From Adineta vaga (taxonomy: Eukaryota > Animalia > Rotifera), in contig CP075494.1 of the NCBI GenBank assembly GCA_021613535.1, positions 9,176,001 to 9,240,000 of the forward strand: a DNA stretch of 64,000 nt, written 5' to 3'. Under the pieces are notes generated by a model, which saw only the letters and a program-made list of their open reading frames with translations, made no database searches and had not been told where the DNA came from. The position numbers and the translations under genes are program-made. Each line of letters opens with the position of its first letter. Positions within the stretch are counted from its first letter, which is position 1. Positions 25,234 to 39,880 of the stretch are shown here, piece after piece.

Positions 25234-26963
25234 TCAAGTCAAAATAGGATTTATAATGGAGAAAGGTATCGGGAGATTATTAATTAATAACATTGCTTGT
25301 TGATCTGATGAAGATGGAATCAACGACAGTGAGGCTTCTGGTATAGGTTGACTAGACGCTGAAAGTGAAGCAGTTGATTCATCAGATGATGAAGAAGGAG
25401 AACACAATAAACCATGTAATGGTGGAATGTATTGTGTATATATTTCATTGGATACATATTGACGAAGGAATGTATTTTCATGTTCAGTACTGTTAAGTTT
25501 ATCGCGAAGTTGTTGAATTTGTTGACGTAATTCAGTGACTTCTTCACGTACAGCAGATAACAGATGCATTTTAACAAGATCCTAAAGTAAGAGAATGGAT
25601 TTCGAGAAAGAAGGAATTTCATTTTTATTTACCATAGCAGCAGATATTTTGTTATCAATATCAAAAGTACTAAAATAACAGAACAGAATTCATATTTTGT
25701 ATATGTATTAGTAAATGAAATTCTTCGTTTTACACGTACGTATCTTGTTTAGTTGGTGTAGCTAGAATTCCTTTGAGAAGTTCACTAGCAATGTTTGTAT
25801 TTTGATTATTTTCATTATTTAATAAGCTCATGGCAGCAGCAACGGTAACAGCAGCTGTTTGGGTTGTTTGAGTTAAAGACAAAGGTTGAGCCGTTGTTGA
25901 ATATTTCCATAAATCAGTTAATGATGTTGTTGGAGAATTGATATTGTTCATGGTTATAGATGGAATAAGTAATGGTTCGCTACTTGTTGGCGTTGATAAA
26001 TCGGTAATATTTGTAGTCGTATTTGGGAAAGAGTTTATCTCAGGATTAGAGACAAATGGGGACAGTGGTACGAAACCGTTTGTGGTATCGTTTTTGGATG
26101 AAATAAATGAGGATATGTTAGGAGATTGTTGAGAATCCAGTGTATTAGTTGGGATAGTTTGAGACATTGGAAAAGATTGGGTTGGATAAAATAATCGAGG
26201 ATATTGGGCTGAATGATACGACGAAATTGTTGCATAAGGTGATGTTGATTGCATAAATGGTGGATGAGTTCCATAGAGATAAGATGCATTTATTGCAGCA
26301 GCTAAGTGAGCATTGTGTATTTGTTCCACCGTTAGATTTGGGAAAGTAGTAGAAGGATCACCGTTGGTATCTGAAATATGAAAGAAAAGTAACAACGATT
26401 ATGAAAGGACTAAAATACCAGTATCTAAGGATGACATGTATGGATTTGGAGCAGCCATGGCAGTTGCCCATGGGTTAGCATACGATAAATAAGGTGATGG
26501 ATAGAAAGAATAGTAACCAAATTGATGATAAGCTTGATTTGGTATCATAGAGGGTGGATACGGATTAAAATGACCAACTTGAGATGGAATATTGCTAGGT
26601 AAGGCTACAGTTGATTCATCATAGAGTGACGGTCGTCGCTGTTGTGCTGCTGTAGCGATTGACTGAAGAATAGAAATGTGTACTAGACGAAACAATATTT
26701 GTCTTCCTTACATTAGTTGGTACACCTTGGTTTTCTGAATTAGGCTCATTTTCGATTGTAGGTGCTACCGGTACATTTGTATTCGAAGAAATATTTTCTG
26801 GTGGTTCATAATCATTAACTTTCCATCTTCCACGTCCAAATTTTCTATCAACACGAATCATTTGAAATCGAGAAGTAGACGTTAATTCATCTGTAGCTGT
26901 TGACGTCTGCGACGTACTTTCATCTTGAGTGTTCACCATATTGGCTGCTACAAATCTATTCAT
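25234..26963 (-). CDS. TSC22/DIP/bunched family protein, long isoform
   Basis: N-terminal SRFQMIRVDRKFGRGRWKVNDY motif; C-terminal TSC box and leucine zipper [32 protein letters not shown]...ENTFLR. Confidence 0.9.
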
Positions 26964-27075
26964 TCTACAAATACATTTGTATTTATACTGATAAATATTC
27001 ATTGATTTATCGAAAAGAAGAAGAAGAAGAAGAAGACGAGAAAAAATAGGAATACACGTTTTTTTATTACAAAAA

Positions 27076-29060
27076 TCACTCTAGGAGTAAAATGTTACTA
27101 AATTGTGTTGCAAAAATTTGTTTGACTTTATCTAAATACATAATTAAATAGTGTGTTCTTTTTTTCGAGTTATATTAATCAATACGATAGATATTTACCA
27201 CTGATTTCTTTTAAATTTGCATTTCTTTGATTGACAACAATCAATAGTTCACGCATATCCGAGCGTTTTGCAATTATCCAAGGATCATTTTCACGTTTAA
27301 CCATTATTTCACCAGAAGGATGAAACCTGAATGAAGACAAACGATGATTTATCCTAGTCACATATTTTCTATTCATTTACCATTGCATGTCTTCGGCAAG
27401 TGTATTCATAATTCCAGTCATGGAACTAATTGGTTCTCTCGTCCAATCGACAGTCGATGAATGTGCCATATTCATTTTATTATAATACACTGTTCGTACT
27501 GTATTATCTGTTCTGAAGAACATCGAACACATGGATTTTACAATGATTTATCAAGGACAATATGACATACGATGGATATTTCTTTCGTAAATGTTCTTCA
27601 AAATTTGGTAACATTGTATCGAATTCTTTTTTCAATGTTTCAACAATTTCTGCATTCGTATTCTCATCATTTGTTAATTCATTATCTAGTTGAAGAATTC
27701 CATATTAAGACATAACTTTAAAGTTAAAATTTGATTTACCATTATGAAAAAAACAAAATATTGTTATTAAATTAATATTTATAACCAATATTCGATAGGG
27801 TTTTAAGGAATTTTCTAGAAAAAATGCTTGATAAATTTCACTAGTCGATTGAGATGAAATAATTAATTCATCAGCTGGATTTGCACTTGAATCAACAGTT
27901 AAAAATCTAGAAAAATTTCAATTAAACTATGAACTAAGTAAATTGTTTTAAAACATTCATTTACTGTGGTGTAGAAGATATTGGCAATTGTTTAAGATGT
28001 GGCCAATAATAAAGACGAAAGAATGAATAAACTAAACTAGTATCATCTTGAGAAAGACCACTCCTGAAACGAGTAGGATAAGAAAAGAGGAGAAGAATTT
28101 CAAATTAAAATCCTACCAAATAAGTTGATCTTTATATAAAAAGAAAGTTTCTTTTAAAGATGAAAACCGTAATTCAAGTCGTCGAAGAATAGACTGAAGT
28201 TTTAAATAAAGTTTCTTTTCAACTGGAAGAAATTGTACACCTAAATATGATGCATCTAATGTTGCATCACGAATCATCGTATGTAAATGATGTTGAATAA
28301 ACTAAAAATAGAAAGTAGAATAGTTAAATTCTTTACTTATTCCGATTTTTTACCTTATCAAAATGTTGTTTTAATACATTTCTTAATTCTTCGACGCCAC
28401 CATGTCGAATTGCTGATGACATGGTACCATGTTGTAACTAGAAAAACAAATCATTGTTAATATTGAATAAAATAATCTTTGATCTCACTTACTGCAAAGT
28501 ATTGATATGATATTTTCAGTAATGGTAACATAATTCGATCATTAATATGTTCATCATAATATTCAATAATAAACTTATCATCCCGTTTACGTTCAATAAC
28601 TGGAACATGAAGTGACTAAAGAATAAAGTTTTAACCGGAAAATTTTCATCGAAATTATTGGATTTACCATTGCTATAGAAATATCTTGTTCAACTTTATG
28701 AAATAATAAACGACTTTTTTGAAAATGTACACTATCACATACATCATCAAAACCAAATGTTCTGAAAAAGAAAACTTTCAATGAATTCGAATTATTTATT
28801 TCATTTTGAATTTACTCAGTAAATTTCACTAAACCTTCACAATATCCAACTGTTCGTATTTTTCGATCAATATCCGTTTCTGCTGGATAGTAATATAAAA
28901 TTTTTCTTTCTTCCTAATACATATCAATGATGATTAATTGTAAAGAACAAGAAATAATTTCTATACAAACCTGTCCTTCTTTTTCACATAATAATGGACA
29001 ATAGATAAAATATTCCACAAGGAATATGTTCGATGAGATACGTTCCGTAGTTGATGTCAT
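27076..29060 (-). CDS. CCZ1: vacuolar fusion protein CCZ1 (Mon1-Ccz1 Rab7 GEF subunit), multi-exon
   Basis: EKEGQEERKILYYYP...IRTVGYCEGLVKFTETF; C-terminal GEIMVKRENDPWIIAKRSDMRELLIVVNQRNANLKEI...FATQFSNILLLE*. Confidence 0.9.
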
Positions 29061-29444
29061 CTCAAATGAAAACTAGTTTTGAAAAAGAAAACGACAGCAG
29101 CAGCAGAGAAAAGACAACCCCATTTTTTATGATTGGTTATCTATAAAACAAGAAATGAAAAGAGTACTAACTCCATGTATTAGCCACATCTATCGGAATA
29201 GTGAAAATTGGGAAACGTAGGTATAAAAATCTTTCTTTTCTTTCGTACACATATTTATTTAAGATGTACATTTCGAAATGTTCAATTTAACATACAATCG
29301 TTTGATTCTTATAAAATAAGAATCTTTTTCGTTTTGTTGTTAAGTATGTATTTCGATATTATCTTTATTTTATCAGTTAAATAAATATTACATGTATGTA
29401 GAACATACTGTAGATTTTTTGATTTCAACCAATGTTAAAGATAA

Positions 29445-30847
29445 ATGCAGAGTTTGAATATTCATCAACTTGATAACACGAAATTATTAGAGAAAATTAA
29501 TAAAATTAAGTAAGGTGATTTATATTATTGGAATGTATGTTTTTTTAAATATTTCGTTCTAGTAAAGAGAATGATACTATTCGTCGTGAAAATTTACTCT
29601 TCTCTCGATATTTATTACGTACGAATTCGAGTAAAGTTGTGAAAACATTTGACGATTATGAATATGAAGATGAAAATGAGATTCTCTATGAGATACTTCA
29701 TCAAACGAAATCATCTGACAATACTCGACGACGTACTAGTAAAGATTTTTCATTCATTTTTTTAATTATAACTATTGAAATTTCAGCGAAAAAGGTAGCT
29801 GTTGGATGGACGAAAGTACATGTTGATTGGAGTGAACAAGGATATACACAATATATATCATCGATTGAAAAAGAACGTTTTATTATTGCCGCTTATGAAG
29901 CAAAACAAACTCGACTAGAATGGGAACGAATGAATGCTAAAGCTACCGCAATAATTAATAATTCCGAGGTAGATGGAAGGATTATATCGGACAGAATCTT
30001 GTTTTAGAATAAAAGACTTTCGATCTCTAGGTTTTATTTCAATCAATAGAATCCGATGAAATTGCTCAAGATACTCTCAATCGTGAACTTAGTCGACGTG
30101 TAGATAGATATCGTGCTGATATTGGTGAAGAAGAATTCAATAATCCATATATGCATGTTCCTGGTGAACTCGTAGTTAGTCGAGTTAATAAACGTATTCA
30201 TTCTCGAATTAGTTTAATCGGTCTTATTCGTGTAAATACGGCTTGTTTACATATTCGTATTGACGAGATCAATGATAAGATACGTTTATTAGATGATTTT
30301 AATGATAAAATGGATGAAATTGATATAACATCGATGCGTACACGAAAAATTGATAATAGTGACATTTATGAAAGAGTTGATCGAAAATTTCGCAAGGAAA
30401 AATCATTTCAATATCCATTATTTCGTCAGCTACAAGAATATAAAAAGATTCTCAATGAACAGGAAACAAATATTCATGATATGGAAAAGAAATGTGAATT
30501 ATTAAGAAATTATTTAGAAAGAATAATGTTTGAAATAAAAGATATTCAACGAGAATATGAAATTATATGGAAAGAAAGTAATTTCTTAAAAAATCGTATG
30601 GCTGATGTAAGACAAGTACCATCTATTACTAATTATGCACATATTATGAAGCAAACGATAGTTTTACAACATGAAATCGATATTTGGACACAAAGAGTCA
30701 CTACTGCTGAGGTAAAACTTTGTTCTTTACTATGAAACGTTTTTTATAGAACGTTCTTCTTAGACATTACTAGTACAACTAGAACGACAAGAGAAACCAC
30801 CGAGAAGATTACCATCCTTACGATCCAATACTACCGATCGAAATTGA
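29445..30847 (+). CDS. CCDC113/CFAP263-like coiled-coil ciliary protein (divergent)
   Basis: ENDYIRRENLLFSRYL near the N-terminus and RQVPSITNYAHIMKQTIVLQHEIDIWTQRVTTAE near the C-terminus resemble the CCDC113/DUF4201 family. Short introns. Confidence 0.6.
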
Positions 30848-30950
30848 TGAGAAATGCTTGATTTTTGAATCTATTGTAATCAAGCATTGTCCAATAGAAT
30901 TTTATTGCTAGATTATTTTATTTTGGAAAAACAAATATGACATCGATTTT

Positions 30951-32045
30951 CTATAACAACGGCAGTCGAACATCTTGTTCTATTGTATTAGGATTTTCTT
31001 CTAACATCGGTATTTCAACAACAGCGGAATTTTGTTCTCCTATATAGCTCGTGTTTTCTGAACGATCGTCTAATGTTATTTGTAGATGATGTTTTAATAA
31101 AGGTATCAATTGATCAGAACGTTTTAGATGCATTGCTAATGCATGTCGAGCACATCGATGAAACCAGATATAAACACCTGATGGACTACTTAAATCTCGA
31201 TCATTGATATCAAAATCTGCAACTGATGTTAAACATTCTGTTTGTCTTGGTTGTTTCTGTTTGCCACCGCCAACAACACGATGAGCTTGTCGTTGATCTG
31301 CTGCTGATAATTGACTCCAATGAATATGAAGTACACAATCATGGGTCGTTTTTTGTACTTTTATTTTTTCCATATTCTTATGTACTTGTTCACGAATAAT
31401 TTGTGCTTTGCTCGCTGGACAATATGCACCCATAATACGCCATGGTATACCTAATAATGTTGGATCTAAGATTGGATTAAATGCAATCGATACTGTAGCT
31501 AAATCTGCACACATACAAACCATACTTCCACCTAAACTAGCACCAATTAATATAACACGTTGATAAATTTTGGAATAATCTTGAACTAATTTTCGATAAT
31601 AAGATATACCTTGCCATTGATAATCAGGATCTTGCAGATAGAAACATTGTGCAGGATCTGTTAGGAATAATGCATCGAAAGTATCATTGGTAGGTGTATG
31701 TAATTGATTCATTGAACCACGCCATTCTGTTGTTCGTACACCGCCTACAATCATTGCAGCACCTGCAAAGCTCACATAGAGTGTAGGTGAACGATGTGGA
31801 CATAATAAATTTGGTTTAATATGTGATGCTGAATTCAATGGATGACAATGGCATGTTTTATCTGCGGGGCAGTATGTTAGTCGTCGTTGTTCAAGATGAT
31901 CAAATCGTATACGAGTAAATGCTGAGAATTTCGATAGGAAATATCCATGACCACGATGTCGTTTAATTAGAAGAAATAAAAAAATACAAGCTAGTATCAA
32001 TGTAATGCCTAATAAACTATAAAAACACCATTCCCAATCAAGCAT
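30951..32045 (-). CDS. N-terminally membrane-anchored alpha/beta-hydrolase-fold protein, intronless
   Basis: 364 aa ORF; N-terminal TM; nucleophile elbow VILIGASLGG (GxSxG); candidate catalytic His in CARHAL. Confidence 0.75.
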   Translation of the reverse strand: MLDWEWCFYSLLGITLILACIFLFLLIKRHRGHGYFLSKFSAFTRIRFDHLEQRRLTYCPADKTCHCHPLNSASHIKPNLLCPHRSPTLYVSFAGAAMIVGGVRTTEWRGSMNQLHTPTNDTFDALFLTDPAQCFYLQDPDYQWQGISYYRKLVQDYSKIYQRVILIGASLGGSMVCMCADLATVSIAFNPILDPTLLGIPWRIMGAYCPASKAQIIREQVHKNMEKIKVQKTTHDCVLHIHWSQLSAADQRQAHRVVGGGKQKQPRQTECLTSVADFDINDRDLSSPSGVYIWFHRCARHALAMHLKRSDQLIPLLKHHLQITLDDRSENTSYIGEQNSAVVEIPMLEENPNTIEQDVRLPLL

Positions 32046-32881
32046 TTTTGCTTATTCAAACAAAAAATTAAATGAGAAAACAAATAAACGTGATGAAAAT
32101 GCAAGGTTATTTACATATTATCATATGTAAGTATATAGATGTACAGGTATACATTGAAAGTAAAAACATATCTTGTTGTCGTCATCTATTAATGAATGTA
32201 AACAAAGGCGTCTCCATGTGTTTTATTGCATCAAGCCGTATTTTCACATATATATATATATATATATCTGTTATAAACTGATTCACTATCTTTGAAAATT
32301 AAACAATCACTGTTAAGTTTTAAATCTGGTTGTTTATTTATTACAGAAAATGATTCATCATCTAAAGGGATTTATATTTTTATTTAAAAACTTAACATTT
32401 AGTATTACCAACAGGGTGGTCGACTTAGTCTATAATTTTCTTCGTAAAACGCTTCGCAGCACCAAATCTCATGGTTTTCGAACTTAATCATATTCCGTTT
32501 TCTAATCGATGACGAACTTATCGACAGTAAACTTATTTATTCTGATTCTTGCGATAAGAGATATAGAGATCTACATGTTGCTATTTGTTATGCACTATCG
32601 TTAAATTTCATAAGAATTAATACATGTCTTTGGAAAAAAAACACACGTACATCAACATGCTTAATGTTTCAATAACATCATCTTAAACGTTTGCTATACT
32701 AAATGAATTCATTCAAAAAATACAGAACGAAAATCTCTCATTTATCCATTCCTTTTTCAATAAACCAACTATCTTCAATAACAGAACAGAATCGAGAGAG
32801 AGAAAAAAAACTATTTTTCGTTGACAACACAATAAAAATTCTCTTTTCAACTATTACTCGTTTTCAACAAATACCTTCAAA

Positions 32882-34438
32882 ATGACTTCTAAAACACATT
32901 CTGTTGATCCGTATGCTCCAAGATATATTGAAAGTCGTGTCGATAATCCATTTATAGTCCCATCAACACATAAATTACTCTCTAGATCAATCACTGCTTC
33001 ATCCAATTTCGATCAATTTACTAAACAACCAATAACACCTATAGGATCTAATGTTATCAGGAATCGAGATTTACCTGATCCAGCCATTCCTGAATCAATT
33101 CAATCGCGACAATATAGACAATTTCAAAATATGCCCAGATCAGTTATTAATGAAAATAATAATAATACTGCTTTTAATCAAACAACTCGTCCATCAGCAT
33201 TTTCTGTAAGCAATCAAGATCAAAGAACAAATGAAATAGATAGATTACCAAATAATTTTACAAATCAACCTCTACCTAAAAATAATCAAAGACAAACGAC
33301 CACAACAGAATTACTCAAAACACAACCACAACAAGCACCAAAAACAGTCGATGACACACAACCAGCAAATGGTTTTTGGAAAACGGGAACATTATTTAAT
33401 AGTCAAGGAATCGTTGCTATTGGAGTAAGATTTATTAAATCTAGTTGAAATTCGATTCTCTTCTCTTCTTTAAATATAGCCAATTGTTTACGATGAAAAT
33501 AACTTTGCAGGTCCTTTTGGTTTAAATCGTGTTGGTACATACATATTCTATATTGGGATGGCGATCTTCACTCTACTTGCAGGCATCTTCTTAATCATGA
33601 CTGCTATTTTTTATAGTCAAAGTGAATTCATTTCCTTCAATTTCTTCTTTCGATTTTATTTTTTTATTTTTAAGATTATCCTGATGCAACAAAAAATACT
33701 AGTACATTAGCTGGTATCGCTATCTGTGCATTTGCATTTTATCTTGGTTTACAATTAATTTTAATTGGTCTATGGAGTCAAAAATATCGACAAGAACATC
33801 CAAAGAAAAAAATTCCACATAAAAAACCACGATTAGTCTATACACCATTCGGATATTATTTATATCCACAATATTTTGCAGATATTAATGAACAGATACA
33901 TATGCAAGGATATGGATTATCTAATAAAGACCAAAATGCAAAAAGTCCTCCGGCAACAAAACCTGTTGAAATAAAACCCGTAAAACCTGAAATGAGTAAA
34001 ACCGAAATACATACTGAAGTCGTACAACAACCAATTGTTCCACGGAAACCAGAATTCTACTTTCTACAATCGATTTCAGATACGAATGAACAAGTAGCAA
34101 CCGTTGAAGAAAAAGTAAGCGTAAGACAGCATAGTAATTATCCAAAATATTTACTGCTGATTTTGTAGGTTGTATCGACAGCTGGAACGAAGCATCATAC
34201 AATTGGAAAATCGTCCACCGATATTGATCCACAATCAAACACAAAGAAAGGATTAAAATCTAGGGATGATAAAACGATTTCGGGTACTCGTCGTACTTTA
34301 GGTGTTGGATCTAATCAAGTTCCGACAACTTCTCAGATAGATAATTTGGATGATGCTGATCAAACAACAAAAATAATAAAGAACAAAACATCATCGATAA
34401 AACTTATTTCAAACGCATTTTATGATGATAAGGAATAA
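32882..34438 (+). CDS. orphan protein with two central TM helices and disordered termini, 4 exons
   Basis: ORFs 32882-33448 and 33902-34168 plus spliced exons encoding IFYIGMAIFTLLAGIFLIMTAIFY and LAGIAICAFAFYLGLQLILIGLW. Last exon 34169-34438 ends YDDKE*. Confidence 0.65.
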
Positions 34439-34609
34439 ACAATTATGATGTAATTGTATAATAGAATTTTTTTTTCTAAAAAATAAAAATTGAGTTTTAA
34501 CTGTCAAAATTCTAATTGCAATAATTTTACATATTTAAATAGTAATTTATTTTTATTATCAAACTGATATTTTTTATCATGATTGATGCAAAGAAACTAT
34601 GAAAACACA

Positions 34610-36030
34610 TCAAGTTCTATAAGTAACAGTTTGAACTCGTGGTGTTTGCACATAAATTGGTGCGCCGGTATCATCAATTTCCTCATTTTCCTTTTCGCGT
34701 GTCGTCATACCAGGTACCGTTCGATATGAAACTGATCGTCTAGGAGTTGGATAAACAGCAGGTCGACGATAATATTGATTATTTGCAGGAGGTTCTTGGA
34801 CAATGACTCGAGTGACTGGCCGAGGTGTTTGCACTGGTGCTTTGATCACTCGTTGTACAGTTGGTTGTACGAATTCAGTACGAATAGGCTTTCGAATTAG
34901 AACACTTTTACGTTTTTGTGGTGGTGGTACAGGACTTGGTATCGGTTCAGGTTGAACTGGTGACACAGGAGGAGGTCTCACCGGTATTCTAACAGGAGAT
35001 TTTACTACTGGTGGTGGCGGCGGAGGAGGCGGGGGCGAAGACTTTGCAGGATATACTGGAGGAATAGGTGAAGTTCTCATGGGTGTTCTTGGCTTTGGTG
35101 TTGGCGGTTTGGGCGTAGGTATTCTTGGTTCTGGTCGAGTTCGTACTGGTGTACGTGGTTTTGGTACCTCTCTTATGGGTTGAGGAGCGGAAGAATTAGT
35201 GAAAAGAGCCACTGGATAGAGAATAGGTTGAATAAGTGTATGTTCTGCTTGAGCTGGATTCCGTCGAATTGTAACATGTACATTCGGTGGTAACGAGACA
35301 TTATGGATTGGTGATGAATACATACGATCTGGTGAGTAATTCATAGGAAAATTGTATAATGTTGGATCAGTAACACCCGGAGTATGTCGACGAATCGTAA
35401 GAGCTGATGGAGTATCAGAATGCTGCTGCTCATGTTGTTGATGATGATGATGATGATGATGAATTGGAGGCAAGGGTGGCGTATGTTCATGATGATGATG
35501 ATGATGATTATGTTCATGTTGATGCTGATCGTGTTCATGATGGTGATGATCATGTCCATGTACATGCTCGTGATGCTGATGTGGATGATCGTGTTCATGC
35601 TCATGTACATGTTCGTGCACATGCTCATGGTGATGATGTTGATGACCATGATCATGATTATGATGGTGATGACGGTGACGATGAACATGTGGTTGAGTTG
35701 GATCATCTGCCCCAGGACCGTTTATATCAGTATTTAGATCAGAATTATTATGTGAATTTGGAAGCAATGTTGAATTAGTTTTCTCAGGAAATGATCCTCC
35801 TTTATATAACGATGAACGAGTTTTATCAAGTGCAACTCCTGAATGATTGGGTGATAAACTATTATGTCTAAACTTTTCTCCATTATTTGGATTAGCATTT
35901 TGTGATGGTGGTGGTAGTGGTAGTTCATCATCATACACTGAAAACGGAGACTTAGCTAAAAATAAATCAAGTTAACAAAAGAATTTTCTTTATAGAAATT
36001 TCAAATCTCACGTGGATATTTCGCTGACAT
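34610..36030 (-). CDS. His-rich / Pro-rich intrinsically disordered protein, 2 exons
   Basis: Exon MSAKYP (ATG 36030) splices in phase 1 into the 442 aa ORF, which has a dense His tract followed by a Pro/Arg/Val-rich region. Confidence 0.75.
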
Positions 36031-36377
36031 TTTTGTATCTTTCTATGGTCTTTTCGATATAAAATATGCAATATTTCTTTTTTCTTTCTTTCTTTCTTTC
36101 TTTCTCTTATTCTCTTTTTAAACTTTCTTTCAAATTGTATTTTAAGAATTGAAATGAAATTCTTTGTTGACATTGTTGATGCGTGGTAACGATGTGTTTT
36201 CAATAAATTAACGAATAACAACACTATGTCATACTTTCGTTTGATGAAGAGTTTTTTTTAAAGATGAAAGGAAAATATAAAGTTCTAATGATGTGATACA
36301 ATCGTCATCGATTGGGTGAAACATTTCGTTTTTTTATTCCATAAAATAATAACAACAACAACAACAAAAAAGTCTAT

Positions 36378-38402
36378 TCACAATGTTCCGATATTATCCA
36401 TTAATAAAGCATCACGAATTTTTGTCATTAATACTGGATCATTACATTCAATATCTGTTTGTTTTGGTCGAACAAGAATCTTAGCTGCGCCTTGATTATA
36501 TTTAATTTCAACTGATCTATTCGATTCTTCATTATCATCATGAATTCGTTTTACTTCTAAACCAAATAATCCACTTTTCGAAAGATTGATTAAAAATTTC
36601 TCAATATCAATTTTTCCATAAGTTATCAAATTCTTTTCTTCACTATTCTCATCATCAAGTTCATTAATATCATAGACATAATCACACATATCTAAATGTC
36701 CATGAACACTTGCTATTGCTAAATTTGATGATGGAATATATTTTGGTTTCATTTCACCTTTAATATTCAATTGACCATTGATAAAAGAACGATTCATTTT
36801 TGGTAATTTTAAATTATCATATTTACGATAAGTTAAAACATTCATCTTATCAGTTTTTCCTACTTCATTTGCATATTGTTCATGTAAAATAAGTGATTTT
36901 GGTCGTATTTTATCATTTAACAAAATATTAACTTGAGAAAAATTTAAATGTGTATCTATTGGTAAATAAAAACATTTCATATTCATTGGTTGAAAAGGTT
37001 TCAAAGCTTCAATATAGGAAAATTGACTATCAACAAAAATAATTCCATTCGATGATGAATTTTTTAATTTTTCAATCAATTGTATAATTGGACCAAAACG
37101 TAATGACGTATGTCCAGTAAAGATCACGCAGGGTTGTTCAAAATTAATTAAATTCTCTGTATCATCTAATCGATCTGATGGAATCGTTATTAAACATTTA
37201 CTTCTTATTAATTCATTATGTTTAAATGGTGGTGTACCACTAAATGATGCTGTTTGTCGTTGTTCAGACACCCATTCAGACATCGCATTCGATATCGAAA
37301 GATTGGCATTACTAATCGGTGAAATGAAATACATATGAATACTTAATAGATTGATTTGTTCAAAGAATTTCGTTAGAAATTCGAACATATCATAGATAAG
37401 ACCAGTTGATGAACAGGGAAGTAAAACACTACCATGATCATTGAGTATACTTTCGATTTTACTAGTTAATTCACTAGCATTGACACTTGGATCGACAGAA
37501 GATAAACGAGAAAGATTGGAAAGTAATAGATAGTCACAATTGAGAAATGAATCATAGATAAATTTGGATGAATAGGTTTCCAACGTCGTACTCGATGACA
37601 TGTAAATAAAACGTGAGAGATTCAATTGAGAAGAGGATGTTTCAATCTTTGATGTTTGATTATGATTAACATTAATATCTAATTGCCAATTACAACTACC
37701 TAAACAATATCCGGAACTGATTGGACTTGCACGTATTGAACTATACAGATCGATTTGTTCATTAAAATGTACAACAGTTGCATAACTTAAACATTTATCA
37801 ACATGTTCAATCGAATAACAGGGCATTAATTTTTGTGCATAATTTAAAACTTTTAGTTTCTTCTCATGTAATTGTTCGTCGATAGCATCAAACATTTCTA
37901 AATCATATCTCCATTCATTATTCATTTGAATCATTTTAGATTGTTGTTCAACATAATTCACTAATTCATACATTAATTGTTGACCGAAACGATAGGTCGG
38001 TTCAGTTAAATAGATTTGTGCATTTAGATGTTCATATTTTTTAAATAAATAAGGTAATCCAAGTAAGGTTTCATAATTTGATATGAGAATAATATCAATT
38101 AACGAGAAATCATATTGACTAGAATCTAATGTGTAAAATTCAATTGGTGATGAGAGATAAACGTGATTATGTAAAATACGTAATTCATCGATTTGTTGTG
38201 GAAAACTATTTTCTTTATTATGTGATAATAATGTATATTTTGGTAAGGATGAAAATCGATTGACACAACCGGGTGATGGAACAGGAAGATAATCAAGTAG
38301 ATGATCCATTGGTAATGGAAAATCTAAGAGTATTGATCGACCATTGACAGTTAGAATAAAACATGGTAGATTCGGATCATCTGATAGACAGTAGAGACGC
38401 AT
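36378..38402 (-). CDS. INTS9: Integrator complex subunit 9 (inactive MBL/beta-CASP), intronless
   Basis: MRLYCLS..PNLPCFIL, IDIILISNY..LLGLPYL, YLTEPT, SSGYCLGSCNW, GSVLLPCSSTGLIYD, PCVIFTGHTSLRFG, YLPIDTHLNFSQ. Confidence 0.95.
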   Translation of the reverse strand: MRLYCLSDDPNLPCFILTVNGRSILLDFPLPMDHLLDYLPVPSPGCVNRFSSLPKYTLLSHNKENSFPQQIDELRILHNHVYLSSPIEFYTLDSSQYDFSLIDIILISNYETLLGLPYLFKKYEHLNAQIYLTEPTYRFGQQLMYELVNYVEQQSKMIQMNNEWRYDLEMFDAIDEQLHEKKLKVLNYAQKLMPCYSIEHVDKCLSYATVVHFNEQIDLYSSIRASPISSGYCLGSCNWQLDINVNHNQTSKIETSSSQLNLSRFIYMSSSTTLETYSSKFIYDSFLNCDYLLLSNLSRLSSVDPSVNASELTSKIESILNDHGSVLLPCSSTGLIYDMFEFLTKFFEQINLLSIHMYFISPISNANLSISNAMSEWVSEQRQTASFSGTPPFKHNELIRSKCLITIPSDRLDDTENLINFEQPCVIFTGHTSLRFGPIIQLIEKLKNSSSNGIIFVDSQFSYIEALKPFQPMNMKCFYLPIDTHLNFSQVNILLNDKIRPKSLILHEQYANEVGKTDKMNVLTYRKYDNLKLPKMNRSFINGQLNIKGEMKPKYIPSSNLAIASVHGHLDMCDYVYDINELDDENSEEKNLITYGKIDIEKFLINLSKSGLFGLEVKRIHDDNEESNRSVEIKYNQGAAKILVRPKQTDIECNDPVLMTKIRDALLMDNIGTL

Positions 38403-38584
38403 GATAGATGATGATCTAAATAATAGGTTATTGGTTTATTTATAATGAATTTTTGAAAAAGAAAAAACAAATAATCGTGTTCAAATGTTAATTTAATAAG
38501 ATTAGAAAGAAACAAAAAAGAACAAACGGAAAAGAAAACGAAACGAGATTTGGCTTTTTGTCATAGGTCATTGGAAAGTTTAAT

Positions 38585-39880
<1,296 letters not shown>

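Noticed and set aside
35341-35778. Met-rich and Asp/His/Val-rich ORFs (35341-35706, 35407-35778, 35420-35737)
   Set aside because: Alternative-frame and antisense shadows of the CAT-repeat His tract, not independent genes.
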